A DNA stretch of 64,000 nt from Callorhinchus milii (lineage: Eukaryota). Shown one piece after another: positions 36,942 to 49,215 of the stretch; position 1 is the stretch's first letter, and each line of letters opens with the position of its first letter. The position numbers were made by a program, and so were the translations under genes. The notes under the pieces were generated by a model. The model was not told the origin of the DNA. It saw only the letters and a program-made list of their open reading frames with translations, and made no database searches. Where the stretch lies: the NCBI RefSeq assembly GCF_018977255.1, contig NW_024704742.1:132372001-132436000 (forward strand), in the 5' to 3' direction.

Positions 36942-39103
36942 TTGGGGGATTGTTGGCCAGGACGATCAAATAGTGGTCATGGGATATTTAACGTCCACTT
37001 GAACAGGCAGACAGGACCTCGGTTTAACATCTCATCTGAAGGATGTAGGTGAGCATCAGATGTCAGGATGGTGAGAAGCAAAATCGGAAACCATTTCCTC
37101 ACAAGGAGGGCTATGAAAATGTGCAACAGGCTGCAGAGGAAGAATCAATTGAGATATTTAAAAAGGGACGTCAAGGGTTGGGGTGTAGTGGTGAGCACTT
37201 TAGATGCCCTCCCGATGTGAAAGGCATTATAGAAATGTAAATTGGATTAGCAGATATGTGCATAGAGAAAAGATACACAAATGGGATTAAAGATCTACCG
37301 ATATTCAATCAACTGTTTCAATGTGCTCAATGTGTTAATTGGAACCCCAACCTCAGGTCCCTCCAACTCACTTCCTTCCCCTCCTTCCACGCAGATCTCA
37401 AACACATTGTCGACAATCAAGGCTTGGGGCTCCCAGAGTGTGCATTGGAGTTGAACCAACTAAAAGACTTGCCATTGAGATGACTGTTGCTTGTCCAGCT
37501 CGGACCAGCTACCCAATTACGGCTTTGGCTTGCAGGGTTAACAGGAGCTGTTATTGCTACCAATATAATATTTTACAGTCACACAGCCTGACATTCTTCA
37601 GATACATTCATATTGATGTATCATTAACATGTCATTCTTTTAATGTATAATTCACGAAGCTCATGCATTTTGCATGCTTTGTTGCACTTGACACAGTGGG
37701 AGGAGAATCTGTTCCGCTTGTCAACCGATTGCAAACTTATCATTGCCCTGTTATGATGCATCGGGCTTTCTTTGGAGGATTTAATGTGTCTGCTATTTAC
37801 AATGCCATTAGCATTGCTAGGCTCACCAATCAGTACCACTTCCATTTAACGGGCTCAGCAAATTTACCTACCGCACAGTGTGAGTTTTTTTAGACAGCCT
37901 TGGGTTCAAGCTGAAAGACCTTTTAGCAAAATCTAAAAAAATTAACAAAACGTTTTACATTGAAGATAATGAACATGAATGTTTCGCCCACAAAATGCAC
38001 AGTGAAATTCACTTTACAGTACTGTACAGTCATGCGAAGTGCTTTGAAGGTCTTGACAATGTGATAAAGCATTATATAATAATAATAATAATAATAATCC
38101 TTGCATTTCATATAGCACCTTATTACATCTCAAAGTGTTGCACAGAAAATTGTAAAGTAAATTAACTGTAAATTTTTGTTTGGGAATTATGGCAGCCAAT
38201 TGTGCACATCAGTGTCCCACAAGCAATCGTGAATTGAATGACTAGATTATTATTATTTTTTTAAAGAATTCTTACCCCAGAAAGCAATCACCAATCAACT
38301 ATTATATGTCCTGCAGCTCATTGGATTTGATTCCTGACATGGCGAAATGTTAGGCGTCCTCCACACCTCTTTTTACCTAGCAGTAAGAAGGAAGGTTGGT
38401 AGTCGAATGGCGGTCGCTTTTCCCGGGATAATAATTCCTTCAAAAAAAAAAATAATAATTTGGTCACTAAACCCACAGCTGTTTGTGGGACACTGCTGTG
38501 CGCAATTGGCTGCTGCATTTCGCCCACAAAATATATAGTCAATTCACTTTACAGTATATTCTGTGAAGCATTTTGAGAAATCTGTAAAAATATGGGGACC
38601 ATGTACATCATACAGGTAAATTACTAATTGAAGAAAGGAGGGTGCCAAGGCCTTTTGCTTTAACCTACTCGTGTCTCACCCAACAAGTCCAACACTACAC
38701 TATGGGAAAACAGAATTGTCAGTTTCTTTTGCAAGCTTCAAAACACCTGCCTTCATTCTCTGTCTATAATAATGGCCTCTTCTACAACTTGGGACGTCCT
38801 CCCGACATGAAAGGCGCTGCATAAATGCAATTTGTTGCATTTGTCATCTTCTCTGATGAGAAAATTACCTGCAGAATTGATTTAAATTACATTACTCCTT
38901 TCCATTTATCTGCCAAATGCAGAATCCAAGGCCAGGAAAGACAAGACAAAGCTGCCTCGTCCAGAGAAATTACCGTTCCTGTGACTGGTGCTCGGAGGGC
39001 GGGCGATCAATGCAAAGCAATCGATCTTCATTTGGTTAAAGTTTTCTCTCCTGTAAAACTGCAGTTTGCAAAAACGGGTAGAAAATTCTAAGACAAAGCA
39101 ATT

Positions 39104-39185
39104 TGGCAGCGGTGGGATTTGAACCCACACCTCCGAAGAGACTGGAGCCTTAATCCAGCGCCTTAGACGGCTCGGCCACGCTACC
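39104..39185 (-). tRNA. tRNA-Leu(AAG), 82 nt, with a D-loop variant (possibly weakly functional or a pseudogene)
   Basis: Minus strand GGTAGCGTGGCCGAGCCGTCTAAGGCGCTGGATTAAGGCTCCAGTCTCTTCGGAGGTGTGGGTTCAAATCCCACCGCTGCCA: full cloverleaf with long variable arm and AAG anticodon; T4/T5 runs ~20-30 nt downstream. Confidence 0.9.
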
Positions 39186-39269
39186 ACATTGTAACAACAC
39201 AACAGGACATTGTTTAAGGAATTGTCACTGGTGGGAACTGAACTCAAAGGGGCACTTTTATCCCACATA

Positions 39270-39985
39270 CAACAACAACAACAACTTGGATTTATATAGA
39301 GCCCTCGATGCCAGGCAGCGCTCAGAGTGCTTTACAGTAACGGGTCCCGGGACCGAGCCGGGGAGAGGGGGAGGAAGGTAACCACAGGCGCGGTCGAAAA
39401 GAGAGGTCTTCAGCAGAGACCTGAAAGTAGGAAGAGAAGGGGCGAGATGAAGGGAGTGAGGAAGGGAGTTTCAGAGTCTCGGGGCATAGTGGCTGAAGGC
39501 ACAGCCGCAGAGGGTGGAGCGGAGGACTCGGAGGACAAGGAGAAGGCCAGACCCGGAGGAACGAAGGCAAACGGGTACTGTTTTGAGGAGAATGGAGGTC
39601 AGGGAGGTAGGGAGCGTGCAGAGGAGTGAGGGATTTGAAGACAAGGGTGAGGATCGATTTCAAGATCTGGGACAGGAAGCCAATGCAGGCTGGCAAGGAC
39701 CTGGGTGATCGGGGAGCGGAGTTTGGTGCGGATGAGAATGCGGGCGGCAGAGTTTTGAATAATCTGGATTTTATGGATGGTAGTGGAGGGGAGGCCAGCG
39801 AGGTCGGCCATTAGAATATTCCAGCCGAGAGGTGACAAAGGCATGGACCAGGGTTTCAGCGGCTTTTGAAGTGAGGTATTGCCGGAGACGGGCGATGTGT
39901 CGGAGGTGGAAGAAGGCAGTGCTGGTAAGGGATCGGATGTGGGGGAGGAAGGATAATTGGGGGTCGAACCTGACGCCTAGGTTAG
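39270..39985 (-). mobile_element. L2 LINE 3' fragment
   Basis: (caa)n tail; LAGLPSTTIHKIQIIQNSAARILIRTKLRSPITQVLASLHWLPV. Confidence 0.85.
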
Positions 39986-41015
39986 AAACATTAAAAACAG
40001 ATTTCTACAGATGAAGCAATGCTTCACATATTTGTTTTAAATAAACGAAAAAATAAAAAATAAAATAAATAAAATAAATCCTTGCTTTGCTATAGCGCCT
40101 CATCACGTCTTCGAGACGTCTCAAAGCGCATCACAGGATATACTGTAAAGTGAATTCACTGTATAATTTGTGGCCGAAATCTTAGGATGATTAAAATAAT
40201 ATGAAAGCAGGAATGTAATAAGTAATAATCATCTAATGGCTTTAAATATCAAGTAATGTTCTATAGAATTTGCCTAAAGTTCTGTAAAAACTGCCTGAAT
40301 AGTGACCACTTGGCGACTGCTGAAAAAATCGCCATTACCTTTATTATTATTATTATTGTGGAAGGACAATTTACTGGCGGGGTATTTTGAAATGACTTCT
40401 GGGGAATTTTCCCCACCACTTTATATGTTAAAAATTGGCGTGTGTCACAGTGTAACTTTTTGTCGGCCCCCCCACCCATAAAATGGAGAAACTCAAAGCT
40501 TTGTTGATAGACATTGGCTTTTGGAAAATCCTATTGGATTCAGTAAAATCCCATTTCTTCTTCAGCTTCCGATTTCCCTAATCGTGTTGCCACGTTTCTC
40601 TTTGTTACCGATCTCCCTTTGTGCTGTGACCTCTGTCTTTATACAGATTGTGAGATCTGAAAAAATGCCAAGCCTCATGTTGGGATTTGCACCTCAACAA
40701 CAACAACTTGCATTTACATAGCGCCCTTCAGGCAGGGGATCTTCCTGGAACGCTTGTTGTCAATTCATATTGTCCAGACGGACACTCCAATGCAGTGCTG
40801 GGGGAGTGCCACATTTTTGGAGGTGTCATCCTTCAGCTGAGACATCAAACCGAGGTCGCTTGATTTAACTGATGTTAAAGATCCCGTGGCGCTATTCAAA
40901 AAGAGAAGGGAGTTTTTCTTCTCTCTCCCAATGTCCTGGCCGACAATCCCCCAAATAAAACTTGGCGCTGACTCCATAGCTGTTTGTGGGATCTTGTTTT
41001 CATGTTCATCTTCAA

Positions 41016-41525
41016 CTACAATAAAATTACATTTATAGAGTGCCTTTCATGTCGGAAGGACGTCCCAAAGCACTGAACAGTCAGGTGTCGGGGCCCGAGC
41101 ATGGGGGAGGGGTGGTGTAAGGGTGAGGGAAGGCAGAGAGGTGGGAGGGAGACTAAAGGCAGTGAAGAGAAGGGTCTTGAGACCGGCCTTGAAGGAGGCG
41201 AGGGAGGAAGCGAGGCAAAGGGACCGTGGGTTGGAGTTCCAGAGTGTGGGGGCAGAGAGGCTGAAAGCCCGGCCACTGATGGTAGGGCGGGTCGAGCGGG
41301 AGACATGGAGCAGGCCAGAGCCTGATGAATGGAGGGAGTGGGCAGGTTGGTAGGGAGTCAGCAGGTCAGAGAGGTAGGAGGGGGCAAGGCCATAGATGGC
41401 CTTAAAGGTGAGGACGAGGATCTTGAACTCGATCCTCTGGGGGATGGGGAGCCAGTGGAGTCGGGCAAGGGTGGGAGTTATGGGGTCACGGAGCCTGGTG
41501 CATGAGAGTACACGAGCTGCAGAGC
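41016..41525 (-). mobile_element. L2 LINE 3' fragment
   Basis: SAARVLSCTRLRDPITPTLARLHWLPIPQRIEFKILVLTFKA..GRAFS..APTLWNS. Confidence 0.85.
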
Positions 41526-44500
41526 ACACTTTCTTTACATGATACGTAAATAATAATAATAATACTTCCATTTCTTACAGCAAAAGGTTCACGTCAGGCA
41601 GATGTCTCAAAGTGCTTCACAAAGGCACACTGCAAAGTGGAGTGACTGTGTATTTTGTGGTGAACACATGGAATGAAATGGCACGGAAACAAACCATTTG
41701 GTCCAACTAGTTTGTGCTGATGTTTATACTCAAAATGACCTCCCAACTATTCTCCTCTCCTGTTCCCCTCTTGTCCCTTCTCTATCATGAATGCATCACC
41801 TATCCTCCTAAATGCACTCAAAGAGCTGAATGGCCTATCCTTTTCCTATGTTCCTATGTCAAATAGAAGGATTATTATTATATATTATTATGTGTGAAGT
41901 AATGAAGAGGGACATCTCTGTCTCAATTTTATGTAAAAAACTTATTTTAAAAGAAAAAAATCTCCCTCTTCCCCATCTCCCACCCGCTCCCCCGACAGCA
42001 TCGCCTCCCACTGCTCTTGAAAAGGTACGACCCTATCACCCCCTCCCTCCGCCTCGCTCCCTTCCCTTGCCTCCTTCAAGGCATTCCCTTCCCTCCTCTT
42101 CGACCATGCCTTCTGCCACCCTCCTACCCTCCACCCTCCCTGATCCCAACAACCCCCCAGCTCGGGTCCAAATCCCTGACCGTCCAGTGCCTTGGGACAT
42201 TCGCCCGACATGAAAGTCGCTGTACAAATGTATTTAGTATTGTATTGTAAGCCTATGTGAGCATCTCCCGAGCACCTGATTAAAAGTACAGTCTTCTTTT
42301 ATAGCACTTCACCACCAGAGGGCGATGCAGTGCAGGTGCTTTGATCACAAGGTGAAGAAGGCCCATTGGCCAATCTGATCTCAACGTGGAGTCGTGTAGC
42401 TCAGTGGTTAAAGTACTCGCCTCGCAAGCGAGAGGACCCAGGTTTGATCCCTGGGCGGGGTGTAACCTTAGGCAAGTTTCCTTACTCCACACACCTGTTT
42501 ACTTGGCAGTAAGTGGGTTGTCGATTGGTGGATCGCTCTCTGGGATAAAAGAAAAGTGATAATTATTAATAATAATAATGATTTGGTCACTTAATCCACG
42601 ACCGTTTGCGGGACACTGCTGTGCGCAACTGTTTGTGGACGCTGCCGTGCTGCGTTTCGCCCAGAGAAATACAGTCACTGCTCTTTACTTTATCATTCTC
42701 AACTAAACATTTATCCACATCGATGAGGTCCTTTCTGAGTCAACAACATTTTGTCTCAAGAGCCCGAGCTTGTCGTTCGTTCCTCTAACCGTGGGGATCA
42801 TCCTCATTGGTCTCCTGTACACTGTTGAGCCTGGACAGCCCCCTTATGACAGTCATGTTGACAGGAACTCTTTGCAGTACTCAAGCTGTGGTCTGACAAG
42901 AGCACTGTCCAGCCTGAGTATGACGTCTGGGAATCTAAACTCAACTGATATGGCAATACAGCCCAGGATCCTGCTTGCCTTGATCATTGTAAAGATCTGG
43001 GATGGCCAGGAATCTGAACTCGACTCACCCCCACTCCGTGTGCAGGTCCCTCAGGTCGAGTGATGCAACAACATCGACAAATTGCATTTATAAAGTGCTC
43101 GTTCATGCAGGATAGTGTTGCAGGGTGGCGGGTTTGGACACCCAGCAAGTGAGAAGGTGGAGAAGCGGGGAGGTGACCATAGTCATGGGCGAAGAAGTAG
43201 GTCTTAAGATGAGGTTTAAAGATAGAGAAAGAGGGGGGCGAGGGGGAGGGTTTGAGGCAAGGAATTCAGGGGTTAAGGATGTAGTGGCTGAAGGCTCAGT
43301 CACTGATAGTGGTTCAGAGGGGTTAGAAGGAGCAGGTGAACGTCAATGTCTTGTTACTGGAAGTAGAATTGAAACCCTTCACATCACAGGTGGAAGTGGG
43401 GGCAGCGACCGATCACCGAACGATGGTTTTTAAGCTCCATTTTTCCTCAACGCATCTGAGCTCAGCTGGCAACGAATCACGAAATACTAGGAGAGACCAC
43501 ATAGTGAGCGATTGATTTTCAGATGAAGCTTTGCCGGTTACACAGATGGTCCCCGTCAGGAACATTGTTGCAGATGCCATTATTTTTCCGCAAAAGGAAA
43601 CAAAACACTCTAATATGCAAATTTTTTGCCACCCTGTATCTGTTTGGACAGCTATATTCTTGTCCCCATTTAGCTTTTAGTGGATATCTGTGGCTTTCGC
43701 TCAAATTATAATAATAACCCTTGCATTTGATATAGCGCCTTATCACGTCTTAGAGCACTTCACAGAATATACTGTAAAGTGAATGGACTGTATATTTTGT
43801 GGGTGAAACGTGGCAGTCAATTGCACACAACAGAGCGGCCCCACAAACCGTCGTGAATTGAGTGACCAAATTATTTTTATTTATTTTGAAGGAATTATTA
43901 CTCCCAGAAAAACGAGTGCGCCAGTCGACCAACAACCGGGTTCTTACATACTGCTAAGTGAACAGATGCATGTGGAGTAAGGAAACTTGAGCAATGTCTT
44001 GCCCTGCCAGGAATCGAACTCAGGTTCTCTCACTTGCAAGGCAAGTGCTCTAACCATCAAGACGTGAAAAGTGCTATATCAAATACAAGGATTATTATTT
44101 ATTATTATTATTATAAACTACAGGATGCCACTTAAATTAAATTACCCTTTACCTTAAACTCATTGAAGAACAATAATAAGTACAGGCTGCTTTAATAATA
44201 ATAATCCTTGCATTTGATATAGCACCACCTTATTACATTGTTAAGAAGTTTTAAAATACTTCACAGAATATATTTCAAAGTGGATTGATTGTGTATTTTG
44301 TGGTCAAAATGTGGCATCCAATTGCGCGCAGCAGTGTCCCACAAACAGTCGTGGATTGAGTGACCAAATTTTATTTTGAGCGATTATTGTCCCCCGGAAA
44401 GCGATTCGCCAATCGACGAACAAATAAGTTCCTACATATTGCTAAGCAAACAGGCTTGTGGAATAAGGAAACTTGCCTCAAGGTTTCGCCCAGCCCGGGA

Positions 44501-45736
44501 TTCCAACCCTGGTCCTCTCGCTTGCAAGGCAAGCTCGCTAACCTCTACACTACTGGACTCTATTAACATTCACTTTGATTTATTAAATTAAAATCTCAGC
44601 CTGGTTCAGTTGGTAGCACTTTTGTCTCCAAGTCAGAAGGTTGTTGGTTCAAGTCCCATGACTAGGACGTTGAATTCACAGTCCAATGTAGTGCTAGAGA
44701 AGGTCAGAAGACCGTTACAGAATCATAGAAGAGAGCCATAGAATATTACAGTGCAGAAGGAGGCCATTCAGCCCATCGTGCCTGTGCTGGCTCTTTGGAA
44801 GAGCTGTCCAATCAGTCCCACTCCCCCGCTCTTACCCCATATACTTGTCATTGTTTCCTTTTCAAGTACCTATCCAATTCCCTTTTGAAAGTTGTTATTG
44901 AATCTGTTTCCACTACCCTTTCAGGCAGTGGATTCCAGACTATAACAGCTCTCTGTATAAAATAATTTCTTCTCATCTGCCCTCTGTTTTTTTTGCCAAT
45001 TATCTTGTCTCAATGACGATAGTGATAAGGTGCTATATCAAGTGCAAGGAGTATTATTATATTATGCCTTTGAATGAATCAGTGACACATCAAGTTGTCC
45101 AGCAATATTGCGCACAAGATATAATCTCACCTCTTAGAGTATGAGCAGGTTCACAGAAACTTCAGTCTATGGAGGCAGACAGGGTTTGCACATTTCAATC
45201 CACCTTTATTTATCAGACTTCAAGTCACAGAATCGTTGCAGTAATGGTGCCAATTTATTAGACCATGGCATACCTTTTAATCTCACTTCCTCGCCTTGTC
45301 GCCAATTTAGGACAGGAGGAAAATTGGACTTTCAGCTGTAAGAACATTTTGTTACTGATATGATATGCTTGAATTTTCCTTCTCGGTTCAGGAAAGAGTT
45401 GGTAAAAAAAAACAGACAGACTCGCTCTTAAAGCTCATTGGCAGTTGTCAGATATCCGACTGAACAAAAAAATTGGCTGCACACCATTTAATTCCAAAGG
45501 ATCTACAGTTTTTATCTTCCTTTTATCCTGATCCTGATCGATTCTGACTGTCAAGCCTTCTGAACTATTTGATGATGCACAGGAAATCATATTATTCTTG
45601 CATTTTATGTTGTGCTTATCACATTATTAAGACGTCTGAAAGCACTTCACAGGATTTTATTGTGAAGTGTAGTGGCTGTGTATTTGTAGGCAAGCACAGC
45701 AGCCTATTTGCCCAGGGCAATGTCAAATTCAGTGAA

Positions 45737-46162
45737 ACATAGAATCATAGAATATTACCGGACAGAAGGAGGCCATTCGGCCCAGCGTGACCTTGCCGGT
45801 TATTTGGAAGAACTATCCAATCAGTCCCACTCCCCCGCTCTTTCCCCATGTGCTTGCAAATTTTTCCTTTTCAAGCATATATCTAATTCTCTTTTGAAAG
45901 TTGTTATTGAATCTGTTTCCACCACCCTCTCAGGCAGTGAATTCCAGACCAACTCTCCCAAAACATTTCTCCTCATCTCCCTTCTGTTTTTTTTTGAAAA
46001 TTATCTTAAATCTATGTATACTGGTTACTGACCCACTTGCCAGTGGGGTCAATTTCTCCCTATCTACTCTATCAATACCCCTCATAATGTTGAACACTTC
46101 AATTAAATCTCCCCTTAACCTTTTCTGCTCTAAAGAGAACAATCCCAGCTTCTCGAGTATCT
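45737..46162 (-). mobile_element. CR1 LINE 3' end, separated from its body by an L2 insertion
   Basis: catagaat repeat tail; ORF 45930..46142 [21 protein letters not shown] is the CR1 ORF2 C-terminus. Confidence 0.88.
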
Positions 46163-47648
46163 GTTCCCATTCCCCTAAAAACTGCCACCATCACTCCCAC
46201 TTTGGAAAAACCCCCCTTGATGCGTCGCAGCTATCAAGCTACCGGCCCATCTCCAACCTCCCCTTTTTGTCCAAGGTCCTTGAAAGAGTCGTCGCCTCCC
46301 AGCTGCGCTCTTTCCTCTCCACCCATTCATTATTCGAACCCCTTCAGTCGGGTGTCCGTGTTGCCCTTAGCACAGAAACTGCCCTGGTCAAGGTCACCAA
46401 TGACATCTTGACCATCTGCGACCAGGGCTTCCTCTGCCTCCTCGACCTATCGGCAGCATTCGATACGGTCGACCACGCTATCCTCCTCCACTGCTTGTCC
46501 TCCCACCTCAACCTTCAAGGCCCTGTCCCTGAGTGGTTTAGGTCGTACCTCTTCCACCGTCTTCATTTTGTTTCCACAAACGGCTTTTCCTCCGGCCCCC
46601 GCACTGTTTCGTGCGGTGTCCCTCCGGGCTCTGTCCTCGGTCCTCTCCTCTTCACCCTCTATATGCTCCCCCTCGGTGACATCATCCGCAGACATGGGGT
46701 TAACTTCCACATGTATGCGGATGATACCCAACTCTACCTTTCCTCCTCTACCCTTAACTCCACGACCACCGATGTCCTGACAGCTGCCTGTCCGACATCG
46801 AGTTCTGGACGAGAGACAACTTTCTTCAGCTCAATGTGCGCAAAACTGAGGCCCTCCTGATTGGCTCACGTCAGCGCCTCCGCACCTCAGGCGCTGACAG
46901 CATCAGCATCCAAGGCTGCACTCTCCACCTCTCAAAGCCGGTGAGGAACCTCGGGGTTCTGTTCAACCCTGAGCTGTCTTTTCTTTTCTTTTCTTCCTCA
47001 TATCCGTGCCTTCCATCACCTCCAAAACATCGCCAGACTACGGCACTACCTCACCCCTCACGCTGCTGAAACTCTGGTCCACGCCTTTATCACCTCAAGG
47101 CTGGACTATGGGAACTCTCTCCTTGCCGGCCTTCCCAGCACCTCCCTCCACAAGCTGCAGGTCATTCAGAACTCTGCAGCTGGTGTACTGTCCCGCACCA
47201 GGCTTCGGGACCACATCACTCCCACCCTCGCTCACCTCCACTGGCTCCCCATCCCCCAGAGGATCGAATTCAAGATCCTCATCCTCACCTACAAGGCCAT
47301 TCACGGCCTTGCTCCCTCCTACCTTTCCGACCTACTATCCCCCTACTTACCTGCCCGTACCCTCCGTTCCTCTGGCTCCGGTCTGCTCCACATCCCCCGC
47401 CCCAACCGCCCTACCATCGGTGGCCGGGCCTTCAGCCTCTCAGCCCCTAGTCTCTGGAACTCCATCCCCCAGTGCCTTCACCTTGCTTCCTCCCTTTCCT
47501 CCTTCAAGGCCGGTCTCAAGACCTTTCTCTCTGACTGTGCTTTGTCACCCTGACCATTTCCCCCCTGCTTGGGTCCTGACCCAACTGTCCAGCGCCTTGG
47601 GACGTCCTCCCGACGTGAAAGGCGCTCTATAAATGAAATCTTGTTGTT
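46163..47648 (+). mobile_element. L2 LINE, 5'-truncated, nested in CR1
   Basis: [58 protein letters not shown]. The 3' end has the gggacgtcctcccgacgtgaaaggcgct hairpin and a (ttg)n tail; flanked by gtatct repeats. Confidence 0.93.
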
Positions 47649-49215
47649 GTATCTCCACATAACTAAAGTCCTTCGTTCCTGGTCCCATTCTGGTAAATCT
47701 CCTCTGCACCCTCTCCAAGGCCTTGATATCCTTCCTATAGTGCGGTGCCCAGAATTGGACACAATGATCCAGCTGAGGCCTAACCAGTGACTCAAAGGTT
47801 TAGCATAACGTCCATGCTTTTGCACTCTAATACCTGTGTATGTGAACCCCTAGGTTTCTCTACTCCTGAACCCCCTCTAAAACTACCAATTGTTGTATAT
47901 TGCCTCTCCTCATTCGTCCTCCAAAAATGCATCAACTCACACTTCTCTGCATTAAAGTTCATCTGCTATGTATCTGCCCATTTCACCAGTCTGTCTATGT
48001 CCTTCTGAGGTCTGCTACCATCCTTCTCACTATTTACTACATTCCCAAGTTTTATGTCAGCTACAAACGTTAAAATTTTGCTCTCTGTACCCAAGTCATT
48101 AATGTATATCAAACAGAGCAGTGGACCTAATATCGGCTCCTGTGGGACACCACTGTGTACTTTCCTCCAGTCTGAAAAACAACCATTCCTACAACCATTA
48201 CCCTCTGCTTTGTCTCCCAGCCAATTTCATATCCATGCTGCCACTATCCCTTTTATCCATGGGCTTCAATTTTGCCAACTAATCTATTATGTGGCAACTT
48301 ATCAAACGCCTTCTGAAAGTTCATATACACTATGTCAATTGCACTACCTTCATCAATGCTCTCCATTAAATCATTAAAGAACTCAATTAAGTTTGTCATA
48401 CATGGTTTGCCTTTAATAAATCCATGTTGACTGTCATTAATTAACTTATGTTTTTCTAAGTGAAAACTAATTTTATCCTGGATCATGGTCTCCAGAAAGT
48501 TATCCCACCACTGACGTTAGGCTGACTGGCATGTAGTTACCAGGTTTATCCCTCTCCCCTTTTTTGAACAGGGGTGTAACATTTGCAGTTCTCAGGCGCT
48601 ACTCCCGTATCCAAGGAGGAATGAAAAATTGTGGCCAGAGCCTCCGCTATTTCCACCCTAAGTTTCCCTCAGCAACCTAGGATGCATCCCATTTGGACCG
48701 AGTGACTTTTCTACTTTGAGCCCTGCTAACCTTTCAAGTACCTCCTCTCGACCTATTTTTATCCTATCCAATTTCTCTACCTCCTCCTTCTTTACTGTGA
48801 CATTGGCAGCATCCTCTTTTGTGAAGACAGATGCAAAGTATTCATTCAGTGCCTCAGTCATGCCCTCTGCCTCACAAGACGTTTTCCTTTTTGGCCCCTG
48901 ATCGGCCCCACCCTTGCTTTGACCATCCTTTTACTTTTTGTGTGTTTATAGAAGACTTTAATGTTCCCTTTTATGTTACCCATTAATCTTTTCTCATACA
49001 CTCTCTTTGCCCCTCTTATTTCCTTTTTCAGATCTCCTCTGCACTTTCTGTATTCTGCTTGATTCTCTGAAATATTTTAAACCTGACATTTATCATAAAC
49101 CTCCATTTTCTGTTTCATTTTAATCCCAATTGCCTTAGTCATCTAGGGAGCTCTAGCTTTGGATGGTCTACTTTTCCTCCCCATGAGAATGTGTTGATCT
49201 GTACCCTATCTCGTC
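47649..49215 (-). mobile_element. CR1 LINE body (RT region), degenerate
   Basis: ORFs SQHGFIKGKPCMTNLIEFF..VYMNFQKAFD and ALNEYFASVFTKE..KSLGPNGMHPRLLRE; continues the 45737-46162 piece. Confidence 0.88.

Noticed and set aside
40401..40414. NF-kB-like palindrome GGGGAATTTTCCCC
   Set aside because: A single short motif with no supporting promoter context; expected by chance in 64 kb.
45901..46860. 319-aa ORF as a novel fusion protein
   Set aside because: Chance in-frame junction of antisense CR1 sequence and a 5'-truncated L2 RT; it starts at a non-ATG codon and frameshifts after the RT core.
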